Part shown: in pieces, positions 52,260 to 61,319 of the stretch | Layout: each line of letters begins with the position of its first letter | Position numbering within the stretch: the first letter of the stretch is position 1 | DNA from: Planctomycetota bacterium | GTDB lineage: Bacteria > Planctomycetota > PLA2 > JAEUHO01 | Assembly: GCA_965223505.1 (NCBI GenBank) | Contig: CBDCWP010000039.1 | Span: 96,001-160,000, forward strand | Reading direction: 5' to 3' | Length of the DNA stretch: 64,000 nucleotides | Translations under genes and position numbers: made by a program | The notes under the pieces: model-generated | The model's database searches: none | Told to the model about the DNA's origin: nothing | What the model saw: the letters and a program-made list of their open reading frames with translations, nothing else

Positions 52260-52933
52260 CGGTCGCGCTGTCGACGCGCTGGACCGGTTCGTCGCCGGAC
52301 GAGATCGTCCCGCTGGCGCGCGACCTCGACGTTCGCAATTTCGTGTTCGATGTGCCGCCGGCCCGGGCCCGGTCGTTGCGGCGCGAGCTCAAGGCGTCGG
52401 GCGTCGCCGTGGCCGGTGTCGGACTCGGCGCGGGTGCCTCGGCGGCGGACGAGGACGCGGCGCGGTTCGCGAGCCGTCTCGAGGCCGGCATCGGCGCGGC
52501 TTCCGATCTTCGTGCAGGGCACGTGCTGATCGAAGCCGGAGCAGGCGACGACGCCGAAGAGGCCGCCGAGCGCATCGTCCGCGCGCTGCACGGCGCGTCG
52601 TCGGCTGGAACGCCGATGGCGATCGTCAACGGCGGGATGCTGGGTCTCGAGGAGACCGGCTGGGTGCTGGACGATCTACGCGGTTTGTCGCTTTGGTTCG
52701 ATCCCTCCGTGGTGGATGCCGAAGATCTGGTGACGTGGACGGACCGCTTCGCGGGCCGCTGTGCAGGGTGCTGGGTGCGGCGTCGCCATCCCGAGGATCT
52801 CGGGCTCCCGTGGAGTACGCTTGCGGCGTCGTTGCCGCGACGGATGGTTTGGGCGTTCGATCCGGACGACGACCTGTCGCGGTCTGACGTGGCGGATGCG
52901 GTACGCTATCTGCGTTCCGTGTGCGCCCGATGA
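52256..52933 (+). CDS. Hypothetical protein, possibly a degenerate xylose-isomerase-like TIM barrel
   Basis: TTG start overlapping the HAD stop; ALST.W, LWFD pattern; metal ligands not evident. Confidence 0.5.
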   Translation: MTVALSTRWTGSSPDEIVPLARDLDVRNFVFDVPPARARSLRRELKASGVAVAGVGLGAGASAADEDAARFASRLEAGIGAASDLRAGHVLIEAGAGDDAEEAAERIVRALHGASSAGTPMAIVNGGMLGLEETGWVLDDLRGLSLWFDPSVVDAEDLVTWTDRFAGRCAGCWVRRRHPEDLGLPWSTLAASLPRRMVWAFDPDDDLSRSDVADAVRYLRSVCAR

Positions 52934-53133
52934 CGGAGACGCCGATGTCCGACGAACATGCCTCCGATCTTCCGCCGGAACCCGAGGTGCGCGAGATTAC
53001 GCCGGCGCCGGAGGACTTCGAGCATCCGCCGGCGCTGATCAACCTGGTGTGGCCGGTGTTCTGGATCGTCGTGATCGGCGTCTTGGCGAGTGTCGCCTAC
53101 TGCGCGGGCTGGATCGAACCGGCGGCGCACTGA
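52930..53133 (+). CDS. Small single-pass membrane protein
   Basis: Acidic Pro-rich N terminus, one TM segment, ATGA overlap. Confidence 0.55.
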   Translation: MTETPMSDEHASDLPPEPEVREITPAPEDFEHPPALINLVWPVFWIVVIGVLASVAYCAGWIEPAAH

Positions 53134-53148
53134 CGACGCCGTCCGCCT

Positions 53149-56100
53149 TCAGGGTGTGACGAGCCGTACGCCTTCGGCGCCCGCCGCCACGCCGCTCTGG
53201 CGGACCAGCGGTTCCGACGAGCCCTCTACGCCGACGGACAGGACGTACGAGCCGGGCAACAACCGTTGGATGACGAAGCGACCCTGCTCGTCGATCGGCG
53301 CTCCCTGCGACCAGCCGTCCGACGACGCGTACACCCAGGCGTTCGACTTGGAGAACGCGAGCGGCTTCCCGGCCGACGTCTCGACGACGCCTGAGATCGT
53401 CATCCCGTCGACGAGTGTCAGCGTCAGCTCCCTTGCCCCCAGCTCGACGTTCTTTCGATAGGCGAGCTTGCCCCCTGCACCGAACCCGAGCGTGACGCTC
53501 AGGTCGTAGGTACGCCCGGGCTGTAGATCGGCCAGGGAGAACGCGCCTTCGGCCGTGACACCGCTGGTGCCCGCCAGCGTCGTTGGTTCGTCGTTGGGAA
53601 ATGCGCGCACCACGTATCTTCGAAGATCATCGACGGCGCCTTGGACCACCCCTTCGATGACGCCCTTGTCCGGCACGACGATGCGTAGGTCCGCTACGGG
53701 CGCAGATATGACGTCGCCGTCGAAGACGAGGCCGAAGGGCGAACGGTGCACGCTCATGCGGTACGACCCCGCCCTGGACACGCGGATGCGGAACGTCCCC
53801 GATTCGTCGGTAGCCGGAACCCCGGTCGCCGGCATGCCGTCGCCCGAAACGGGGGTGGCTCGCGCATAGAGTCCGGCGAGCGGCACCCCGCGTGCGTCGA
53901 CGATCGTTCCCGTGATCAAGACGCCGCCGCCGAACGTGATCGCCAGATCCCCGCTCTCCGCGAGCACGTCTTCGTGCACGACTTCGGGCGGGGGTACGGA
54001 GCCCTGCGGGAAGTAGCGCGCGGTCACGCGTAGCGGCTTGCCCGCGGGCACACCCTCGATCACGAACGAGCCCTCGGTGTCAACGCTCGCAGCGCGAATG
54101 CCGCCTGGGATGGTGCCGTCCGTCGGCCACTCGACTTGCACGCGTCCGCCCGCGGCCGGCTTTCCTTCGTGTGTGGCGGTGCCGCTGAGCTCCACCGACG
54201 CATACAGCGTGACGGTGTAGTCGTCGGTTCCTGCTGCAACGTTCGTGGCGTTCAATTCGAGATATCCCATCGGCGCGATGACCAGCAGGGAGGCGTCGCC
54301 GTCCGATAGTCCGTTGAGCTCGAAGCGTCCGTCGTCGCGTGTCCACACGATGACGCCCAGGCCCTGCACCGCGATGCCACCGAGGCCCTCGCCCTTCGCG
54401 TCCAGCACGCGTCCGCGAATGACCTTGCCTTCGCGTAGTCGCACCGTCACCGGGTCGCTCACGTCGTCGACGCGCATCTGAACGGGAACGGCGTTGATCA
54501 GGAAGCCGTCGGCGTCGCGTGGGTCGGACACATCGATCCGGTAGGGTCCTTTCTGGCCGACCGGAATTGCGAACGTGCCGTCTTCGACCGAGACCGTCAT
54601 GTCCGGCGAGGTCGCCGAGAAGAACTGGCCGGGGACGCGATTGCGGCGCACCGGCTGCCACTGCAGTGTCGCGTGCGGAACGGGGTGACCGTCCGGCGCG
54701 AGGACCGTACCGCGCAGCACGAGGTCGCGTGCGCCGTTCCACGTGACCTCGAGCTCTTCGGCCGGCGCCTGGAACGGGCGCATCAGCTCGACCCCCGGCA
54801 CCAGCGGTCCGCGCGGAACGGTCAGCCGCAGTCGGCCGGACGGCACGCCGGTGAAGCGGAAGCGGCCCGCGGCATCGGTCCTCGTGAGCAACGATTGGCT
54901 CGCATCCATGATCATCCGCGGTCCGGCACGTGCGGCATCGGCTTTGGAGAGCTGGATCGTCTGATGCGGAATCGGTTTTCTGTCGCTGTCGAAGAGCGTG
55001 CCGGAAACGACGAGCCCCGTTTGAATCGTGATGCGCAACCCCGGGCGTTTCTCACCGGGTTCGAGCGGCTGGAGGCGGAGGCTCTCGCCGGGATGGCCCG
55101 CGGGCTTCGCGGTGAGGAATGGACGCGGCGAGCCGGCGGCGGCCTCGAACCGGAACAGGCCTTCCGCGTTCGTGACGGTTCGCTGCTGCTCGAGCGGACG
55201 GGCGGGATTCAAGCCGAGCAGGAGAACAGGGACGGCCGCCATCGGCTCGTCCTTCTCGTCGACCACGACGCCGCTGACGACGGCGGCTGCCACGAGTTGC
55301 AGCGTGACCTCGGGTGTCGGCCGGCCCGTCCGTGTTCGTACGCGTTTCGACGGAACGCCGATGAGGCCCTTCTTCGATGCCCGCAGCGTCCAGGCGTGTC
55401 GCGGCGGAAGGCCGCCGATCTCGAACGTGCCGTCCGTGCCGCTCTTTGCGGGCAGTCCGCCGAGCGCGGCCTCGGGAGCGGCCCAGGGGTCACGGGTCGG
55501 CCAGAGGTCGACGGGAGCGGCCGTCACAAGCGCTCCCGCCACGGGCTCGCCGTCAGGCCCGACGACGCGACCGCGAATCGCGATGCCGCGCGAGAGACGC
55601 ACGTCGCGGATGACGGTGCCGAACGACTTGCGCATCCGCACCGTGAGAGCGGGAGGCGTTCGGCTTGCGATCTGCGGCGCGCCGGGACCGAACGCGGCGG
55701 CCGCGAATACAGGCCGCTGCGTTGCGAAGCTGGGAACGAAGTGGGTCGCGCTGCGTACGACCAGTGTGCTGCGTCCAGGGGGAACGTCGGAGAGACGGTA
55801 GCTGCCGTCGGTGGCGGTCGTCGTGCGCAGCGGTGCGCCGTGCGCGTCGTCGATGACGATTTCGCGACGGACGAGCGAGACCTCAACTCCGGCGAGACCG
55901 TCACCCGTTTCCGCATCGACGACGCGCCCCCGCACCGTGCCGCCGGCGGCGGCGACGACGACCTCCGGTTGCACGGGCGCTTCTTCAGTCGTGTCGACCG
56001 GGCCGCGTTCGAGAACCGGCGTCGCGTCCGGCTCCGGCGCCCCGGCGGGCGCCACGCTGACGGGCTTGCCCGACAACGCATCGAGGTCGCCGGTCTCGTG

Positions 56101-56763
56101 CGGGGGCTCGTTCGAGCCCGGGCGGGGTCCGAGGACGAGCCATCCTGCGAGGATCACGATCAGGACGAGGGCCAGTACGACGGCGTGCTTTTTCACGGCT
56201 AGGACTCCCAACTTGGAGATCGATGGAAGCCCGAGGCCGACCGGCGCAAGCGCGAGGTGCCATGCGCGGCCGTGCCGGGTGTCGAGCGAGACCCGGAGCC
56301 TGCGCAGCCCGCGCTTGATGCGCGTTCGCACCGTCTCGACGGGGACGTCGAGTCGACGGGCGATCTCGGACGCCGAGACGTTCTCGAAGAAGCGTAGGTA
56401 GATGACCGCACGGTAGGGCGGCGGCAGCGCCTCAACTGCGTCGACGAGAGACCGACGCGTGTCGAGTCGTTCCGCGACTTCCGCCGCGGAGGGCATTGCT
56501 TCGGGAACAGCGCATTCGCGCTCGCGTCCTCGCCGGCGCGAGGCGCTTCGGCGTTCGTTGAATGCGACGTTGCGCGTGACGGCGCGCAGCCATCCTCGCG
56601 GGTTCTTCCGTACGGAGTCGCCGCGCTCGAGTGCGGCCACGCAGGCATCCTGGACGACGTCGTCGGCGGTTTGCGAATCGGCGACGAGGAGTCGTGCGAG
56701 TTTCCGGAGACCTTCGATCTCGGAGAGCAGTCGCTCGGACGTCAGCGTGTTGGCGTCGTGCAT
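53149..56763 (-). CDS. ECF sigma factor fused via a TM segment to tandem carboxypeptidase-regulatory-like beta-sandwich domains
   Basis: sigma2 (ADDVVQ, GWL..V.RN) and sigma4 (LP..YR.VI.LRF, EIA..L..P..TVRTR..R), TM, repeated GRV.D..G.P..GA.V...T..DG.F. Confidence 0.88.
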   Translation of the reverse strand: MHDANTLTSERLLSEIEGLRKLARLLVADSQTADDVVQDACVAALERGDSVRKNPRGWLRAVTRNVAFNERRSASRRRGRERECAVPEAMPSAAEVAERLDTRRSLVDAVEALPPPYRAVIYLRFFENVSASEIARRLDVPVETVRTRIKRGLRRLRVSLDTRHGRAWHLALAPVGLGLPSISKLGVLAVKKHAVVLALVLIVILAGWLVLGPRPGSNEPPHETGDLDALSGKPVSVAPAGAPEPDATPVLERGPVDTTEEAPVQPEVVVAAAGGTVRGRVVDAETGDGLAGVEVSLVRREIVIDDAHGAPLRTTTATDGSYRLSDVPPGRSTLVVRSATHFVPSFATQRPVFAAAAFGPGAPQIASRTPPALTVRMRKSFGTVIRDVRLSRGIAIRGRVVGPDGEPVAGALVTAAPVDLWPTRDPWAAPEAALGGLPAKSGTDGTFEIGGLPPRHAWTLRASKKGLIGVPSKRVRTRTGRPTPEVTLQLVAAAVVSGVVVDEKDEPMAAVPVLLLGLNPARPLEQQRTVTNAEGLFRFEAAAGSPRPFLTAKPAGHPGESLRLQPLEPGEKRPGLRITIQTGLVVSGTLFDSDRKPIPHQTIQLSKADAARAGPRMIMDASQSLLTRTDAAGRFRFTGVPSGRLRLTVPRGPLVPGVELMRPFQAPAEELEVTWNGARDLVLRGTVLAPDGHPVPHATLQWQPVRRNRVPGQFFSATSPDMTVSVEDGTFAIPVGQKGPYRIDVSDPRDADGFLINAVPVQMRVDDVSDPVTVRLREGKVIRGRVLDAKGEGLGGIAVQGLGVIVWTRDDGRFELNGLSDGDASLLVIAPMGYLELNATNVAAGTDDYTVTLYASVELSGTATHEGKPAAGGRVQVEWPTDGTIPGGIRAASVDTEGSFVIEGVPAGKPLRVTARYFPQGSVPPPEVVHEDVLAESGDLAITFGGGVLITGTIVDARGVPLAGLYARATPVSGDGMPATGVPATDESGTFRIRVSRAGSYRMSVHRSPFGLVFDGDVISAPVADLRIVVPDKGVIEGVVQGAVDDLRRYVVRAFPNDEPTTLAGTSGVTAEGAFSLADLQPGRTYDLSVTLGFGAGGKLAYRKNVELGARELTLTLVDGMTISGVVETSAGKPLAFSKSNAWVYASSDGWSQGAPIDEQGRFVIQRLLPGSYVLSVGVEGSSEPLVRQSGVAAGAEGVRLVTP

Positions 56764-56810
56764 CGTGGGGGGGCTTCCACACCTTAGACCCCGCGCCTGG
56801 GGCCGATGGT

Positions 56811-57008
56811 TCAGCCTTCCTCCGCGCGACGTGCGGCGCCCTCACTGACATTGAGGAGTGTGGACTCCGCGGCGCGGCGGAGCTGATCGGCGAGCTTGCC
56901 GCGTCCACCGGGCAGACGGCGTGCGATGTCGAGTGTGTGGATGGTGAAGCGCTTTGCGACGCGATGGACGTCGAGGCGATGGAAGGCGAAGGTGGGTTGA
57001 TCGATCAT
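56811..57008 (-). pseudogene. Truncated four-helix-bundle protein (23S rRNA IVP / Avd-like family)
   Basis: F.RLDV..., LP.....LADQLRRAA.S..LN.SEG signature; stops at 65 aa, about half the usual length; RBS GGAG. Confidence 0.7.
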
Positions 57009-57169
57009 GGCGAGTCTCCAGGTGCGCGACCACGACGAAGTGCCGCGCGCGCCGGTTCACCGGCGCGGCGCTTCGGCGGCGCTGCCATCGCCTGAATAGG
57101 TGAACGGGACTCTGTGCGTGATTTCGTCCGTGGAATTGCTTTACGGACAACGAAGCGTGTTACCCCTTC

Positions 57170-57405
57170 GAACCCGAACCCGAACCCGAACCCGAACCCG
57201 AACCCGAACCCGAACCCCCGAACCCGAACCCGAACCCGAACCCGAACCCGAACCCGAACCCGAACCCGAACCCGAACCCGAACCCGAACCCGAACCCGAA
57301 CCCGAACCCGAACCCGAACCCGAACCCGAACCCGAACCCGAACCCGAACCCGAACCCGAACCCGAACCCGAACCCGAACCCGAACCCGAACCCGAACCCG
57401 AACCC
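57170..57405. repeat. (GAACCC)n / (TTCGGG)n hexanucleotide microsatellite
   Basis: 8 units, a CC insertion, then 31 units (39 in total), then degenerate GAGTCCC GTCCC. Confidence 0.95.
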
Positions 57406-57506
57406 GAGTCCCGTCCCTCAACTGGGTGCACGCTCAGCAGTGCCAAGAGTGGTGGCGCAAGAATCGCAAGAACGTCAAGAAGGGAGAGTGGTAGGCCGGC
57501 TCCGCG

Positions 57507-60329
57507 CTACGACCCGCCCGCGATCTCGCGGACGCAACGGAACCCCGTCGTCTTGTGCCGTTCCTTCGCGCCCAACACGCGCTTCAGGTAGATCGCGCCC
57601 GCGTCCGGATCGTCGCCGACCCCCGCGCCCTTCACCAGCACCGCGCCGGGATCCTCGCTGTCGATGCTCGGGACGACCATCTCGCGGGCGTTGGCGAGCA
57701 ACCCGCGAACGCCGTACGGACTCGTGTCCTTCTGATGTATGCCCGCCGCCTGGAAGGGCGGCGTGAACGCGCCTTCCGTCGGATGACCCATCGCGTTGTT
57801 GGGCAGGACGTAGCCGAGCGCGGCGCCCGCCGCCAGCACCCACTCCGCCTCCGAGGGCAGGCGCACGTTCGCGCCGTCGCGCTTCGAGCGCCACGCGGCA
57901 TACGCCCGCGCGCTCTCCGGCGTCACGTCCACGACGGGAAGATTCTCCTTGCCGTCGATCACCACGGGGCGGCCGCTGTCCGGATCCGGAACGAACCCCG
58001 ACGCCGGTGCGTGCGCCATCGCCTCATCCGCGCCCTCGAACGAGAGCAGGAACTGCGCATAGGCGCTGTTCGTCACCTCGGCTTTGTCCATCAGGAAGGA
58101 CGACACCATGACCCGTGCTGCGCGATCGGTGTACGGCGCGTCGCGCGGGCGGACCTGCTCACCGAGTACTAGCACCATGCCTGCCGGCACCGAATCGGGC
58201 GGGACCGGTAGGTCGTAGCTCGCCAGCGCCGGCTCGAGCTTCACGTTCGCGTTCTTGTCGCGAATCGTCAGCGGAATTCGGACCGGAACGCGAACGGACT
58301 CGGTGGCGCCGATGCGGATGTCGTACGCGCCGGGCGCGAGCTTGTTCTCGCCGGGCCGAACGCTCACCGTCTTGTTCGTGACGACGTTGCGCCCGGTCAT
58401 CTTCGTGCCTTCCGGCACGTTGAACACGACGCGCGGCGCGGCAAAGCGGTCGCGGACGAACCGCAGCCGCTCCAGGAGGTGCGTGAGCGAGTCCGAGGCC
58501 GGCTCCTGCGAGACACGCTGCGCGATCGCGTCGGCCCGTTCCTCGAGCGCTTTCCAGAAGTGATACGCCTCGACCGGCGTCAGGGTCGAGGCCGTGGACT
58601 TGAGCTCATCGGCGCGCTCTTCCAGCAAGTTCGTGTCGACCAGCGCGTCGTCGACGCGCGTGGACGCGCCGATCGCCTGGTCGCCCGCGAGGACCTTGCC
58701 GATCATGAATCCGCCGGCCAGTCCCAGAAGGATCCAGACGAGCGTCACGAGATGCGCGCTGAGAGCCCGCTTCGCGGTCTCGACGGCCGCCGCCGACCCG
58801 CCGGCTTGGGACAGCGCACGCACTTTGCTGCCCTTGAGCCACGACTGGACCTCGGTCGAGAGCTGACGCGCGTTCACGTATCGATCGCTCGTCGTCTTCG
58901 ACATGGCCTTGTTGATGACCGCGCGCAGTGACGACGGCGTCGATGGCGGCAGCTCCTGGTAGACGGCGTCGCGCGCGTCCCGGTAGATGCTCTCGATCGT
59001 CCGCAGCCCTTCGTCCTGCAGGCGACCGAGCTTCTCGTCGCACAGCTCCGCGCGCTTCGGCTTGCCCTCGGCGAGTGCGGCCTCCTTGGCTTCCTCGAGC
59101 GCCTTGATGCGGCGCTTGAGCTCCGCCCGCGTGATGGGGGCGGCGCCCGCCAACGGCGGCTCGCCGGTGACGCAGAAGTGCAGCAGCGCGCCCAGGCCCC
59201 AGACGTCCGTGCGCGCCTTGGTGTTGCCCTTCGCCTGCTCGGGCGCGAGGAACCGCGGCGTACCGACGATGCCCGCGTCCTCCGCGGTCGGGTCGATGAC
59301 CGCGCCCGACGACAAACCGCCCTTCTTCTCCATGACGTGACAGATGCCGAAGTCGATGACGTACGGCCGCAGCGTGCGCGAGTCGACGAGGACGTTGTCG
59401 GGCTTGAGGTCGCGATGGATGACGCCGTTCTCGACGTTGGCGACGTAGATGCCGTCGCACACGGGCACCAGGACCTTCGCGATCAGCTCGTTCAGCTCGC
59501 CGAGCTCGCGAAGTGTCGTATAGCGGTGAAGCGTGCCGCTCTCGCGGGCCTGCACCACCTCCGAGAGCGACCACGGCTTGTACAGGAGCTCCATCGTGAA
59601 GAACGGACGCCCGTCGTCGAGCTCCCCGCGGTCGAACACCGGCATGATGTTCTGGTGCCGGATGTTGGCCTGCACCTCGATCTCGCGCAGGAAGCGTTGG
59701 CGCATCGTCTCGGACTGGTCCTTCAGGAGCACCTTCACCGCAACGGTCCGGTTCGTGGTCGCGTCGAACGCGCCGTAGACTTCGCTCGTGCCGCCGCGCC
59801 CGATCGCGGATTCGACCTGGTACCGCCCGATTTGATCACCGGGGCTGAACTCGGCGTCGAACACCTCGTCGCGACTCGCCTTGGTGGAGGCCTTGACGGC
59901 CTCTTCGGCCTGCTCGGACGTCAGATCCGTGTCGCCTTTCGGGACCGCGTCTCTGTCGCGCTCCTTGGCTTTGTCCTTGTCTTTGCCGCGTTTGCGCTTC
60001 GGCGCCTTGCTGCCGCGCTTGCGCGCCACGGGCGCAGCGCCGCTGCCCGACTTCTTCTTCGGAACGGGCGCCGCGGGCGTGTCGTCCTTGGGCGCGTCTT
60101 CCTTCGGTGTCTCTTCCGGGGGCGCCTCGCCCAGCGAGATCTCGAGCGCCTGCACCCGCGGCAGCTCGTCTTCGTCCAGGCTGACGCCGAGCTCGAGGCC
60201 GCAACCGACGCAGTGGGTCTTCATCACCGCGCCCTCTTTGCCCACCAAGCCGCTGAGGTCGGCGCGGTGCTTCTGGCCACACTTCGGGCAGTAGAAAGCG
60301 GGGGGCTTCTTTTCGTCCGGAGCCGTCAT
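57507..60329 (-). CDS. Ser/Thr protein kinase with N-terminal zinc ribbon, TM and C-terminal FGE-sulfatase (C-type lectin fold) domain
   Basis: [61 protein letters not shown]. Confidence 0.9.
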   Translation of the reverse strand: MTAPDEKKPPAFYCPKCGQKHRADLSGLVGKEGAVMKTHCVGCGLELGVSLDEDELPRVQALEISLGEAPPEETPKEDAPKDDTPAAPVPKKKSGSGAAPVARKRGSKAPKRKRGKDKDKAKERDRDAVPKGDTDLTSEQAEEAVKASTKASRDEVFDAEFSPGDQIGRYQVESAIGRGGTSEVYGAFDATTNRTVAVKVLLKDQSETMRQRFLREIEVQANIRHQNIMPVFDRGELDDGRPFFTMELLYKPWSLSEVVQARESGTLHRYTTLRELGELNELIAKVLVPVCDGIYVANVENGVIHRDLKPDNVLVDSRTLRPYVIDFGICHVMEKKGGLSSGAVIDPTAEDAGIVGTPRFLAPEQAKGNTKARTDVWGLGALLHFCVTGEPPLAGAAPITRAELKRRIKALEEAKEAALAEGKPKRAELCDEKLGRLQDEGLRTIESIYRDARDAVYQELPPSTPSSLRAVINKAMSKTTSDRYVNARQLSTEVQSWLKGSKVRALSQAGGSAAAVETAKRALSAHLVTLVWILLGLAGGFMIGKVLAGDQAIGASTRVDDALVDTNLLEERADELKSTASTLTPVEAYHFWKALEERADAIAQRVSQEPASDSLTHLLERLRFVRDRFAAPRVVFNVPEGTKMTGRNVVTNKTVSVRPGENKLAPGAYDIRIGATESVRVPVRIPLTIRDKNANVKLEPALASYDLPVPPDSVPAGMVLVLGEQVRPRDAPYTDRAARVMVSSFLMDKAEVTNSAYAQFLLSFEGADEAMAHAPASGFVPDPDSGRPVVIDGKENLPVVDVTPESARAYAAWRSKRDGANVRLPSEAEWVLAAGAALGYVLPNNAMGHPTEGAFTPPFQAAGIHQKDTSPYGVRGLLANAREMVVPSIDSEDPGAVLVKGAGVGDDPDAGAIYLKRVLGAKERHKTTGFRCVREIAGGS

Positions 60330-60401
60330 GCTCGGGGTCTCCCTGTCGATTGGCGGGCCCATCGTACCGACGATGGACCCGCCGGGAATCCCCCGCGTGC
60401 G

Positions 60402-61319
60402 CTAGTCGTGCTCGTGCCCGTGGCCGTCCGGTCCCAGGCCGTGGGGCACCAGCTCGAACACATCGGTGCCGTAGCGGGCGCCGTTGCGGCTGAACGTCAC
60501 CTTGACGCGGCCCTCGAACTCGGTGCCCATGAGCCACGACGCGTCGGCGCCCGTCTCGCCCGGGAAGATGAAGTAGTTCGTCTTCCCGTCCCGCATGTTC
60601 GGCTTGTCGTCCTCGTCGGGGTTGGTGTCCTGATCGCGTGCCTGCAGGGTGACGACCTTGCCGTCGTGACTCTCGAACGTGATCGTGATCTTGCTCGTCG
60701 CATCGAGGTCGAAGGGCTTGGTGATCTTCTCGTCCGTCGCCAGCCACAGCTCCAGATCGCCCTTGTCGTCGTGCAGCTTCAGCTCGACGTAGCCGTCCGG
60801 GTTCCCGCCGCTCCCGAACGCCGCGACCATGCCCTGGTGCGGGCCGATCGCGTGGTGGTGACCCTCCGGGAACGCGAACGAGCCCTTGGTGCGCGTGCCG
60901 TCGGCGGCTTCGAGCTCGACCCAGATCGCGCTGCCCTCGGGCAACGGATCCGGCGTCTCGACGTGCCCGTGGTAGACGCCGTCGCTCGCGTCCAGCTTGG
61001 CCTTCATCGAGCCCTGTCCGGACTCCGTACCGACCCAAATGCGCAGCGCTTCGGGGGCGTCGCCGTCGACGGTGACGTCGAGCACCGCCTCGTGTCCGGC
61101 CGCGACGTCGCCGAGGAGCGCGACCTCGACCTTGCTGCCGCCGATGTCGGCGGAGCCCAGCGACGCCTTGCGGCCGTGGCCGTGTTCTTCACCGTCACCG
61201 TGACCGCCGTCGTCGTGGTGCTTGTCACCATCGTCGTCGTGACTGCCGTGGTCGTCGCCGCACGCGCCGAGCAGCGCCGCCGCAAAGAACATCATCAAGA
61301 GAGAGAGGATTCGGATCAT
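60402..61319 (-). CDS. His/Asp-rich lipoprotein, probable metal-binding partner of the RND pump
   Basis: LLGAC lipobox; DDHGSHDDDGDKHHDDGGHGDGEEHGHG, HHH..GPH.G, terminal HGHEHD; ATGA overlap with the RND gene. Confidence 0.75.
   Translation of the reverse strand: MIRILSLLMMFFAAALLGACGDDHGSHDDDGDKHHDDGGHGDGEEHGHGRKASLGSADIGGSKVEVALLGDVAAGHEAVLDVTVDGDAPEALRIWVGTESGQGSMKAKLDASDGVYHGHVETPDPLPEGSAIWVELEAADGTRTKGSFAFPEGHHHAIGPHQGMVAAFGSGGNPDGYVELKLHDDKGDLELWLATDEKITKPFDLDATSKITITFESHDGKVVTLQARDQDTNPDEDDKPNMRDGKTNYFIFPGETGADASWLMGTEFEGRVKVTFSRNGARYGTDVFELVPHGLGPDGHGHEHD

Noticed and set aside
57120..57160. Hammerhead ribozyme (minus strand GTCCGT...ACGGACGAAA)
   Set aside because: The required CUGANGA core is absent upstream of the stem.
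57005..57591. ORFs with poly-RV, PE, RT or GS repeats
   Set aside because: They are translations of the hexamer microsatellite, which has no stops in any frame.
56811..58100. Diversity-generating retroelement (Avd-like gene next to an FGE/C-type-lectin domain ending in GFRC)
   Set aside because: No reverse transcriptase, and I found no second copy of the 3' end that could act as a template repeat; at most a remnant.
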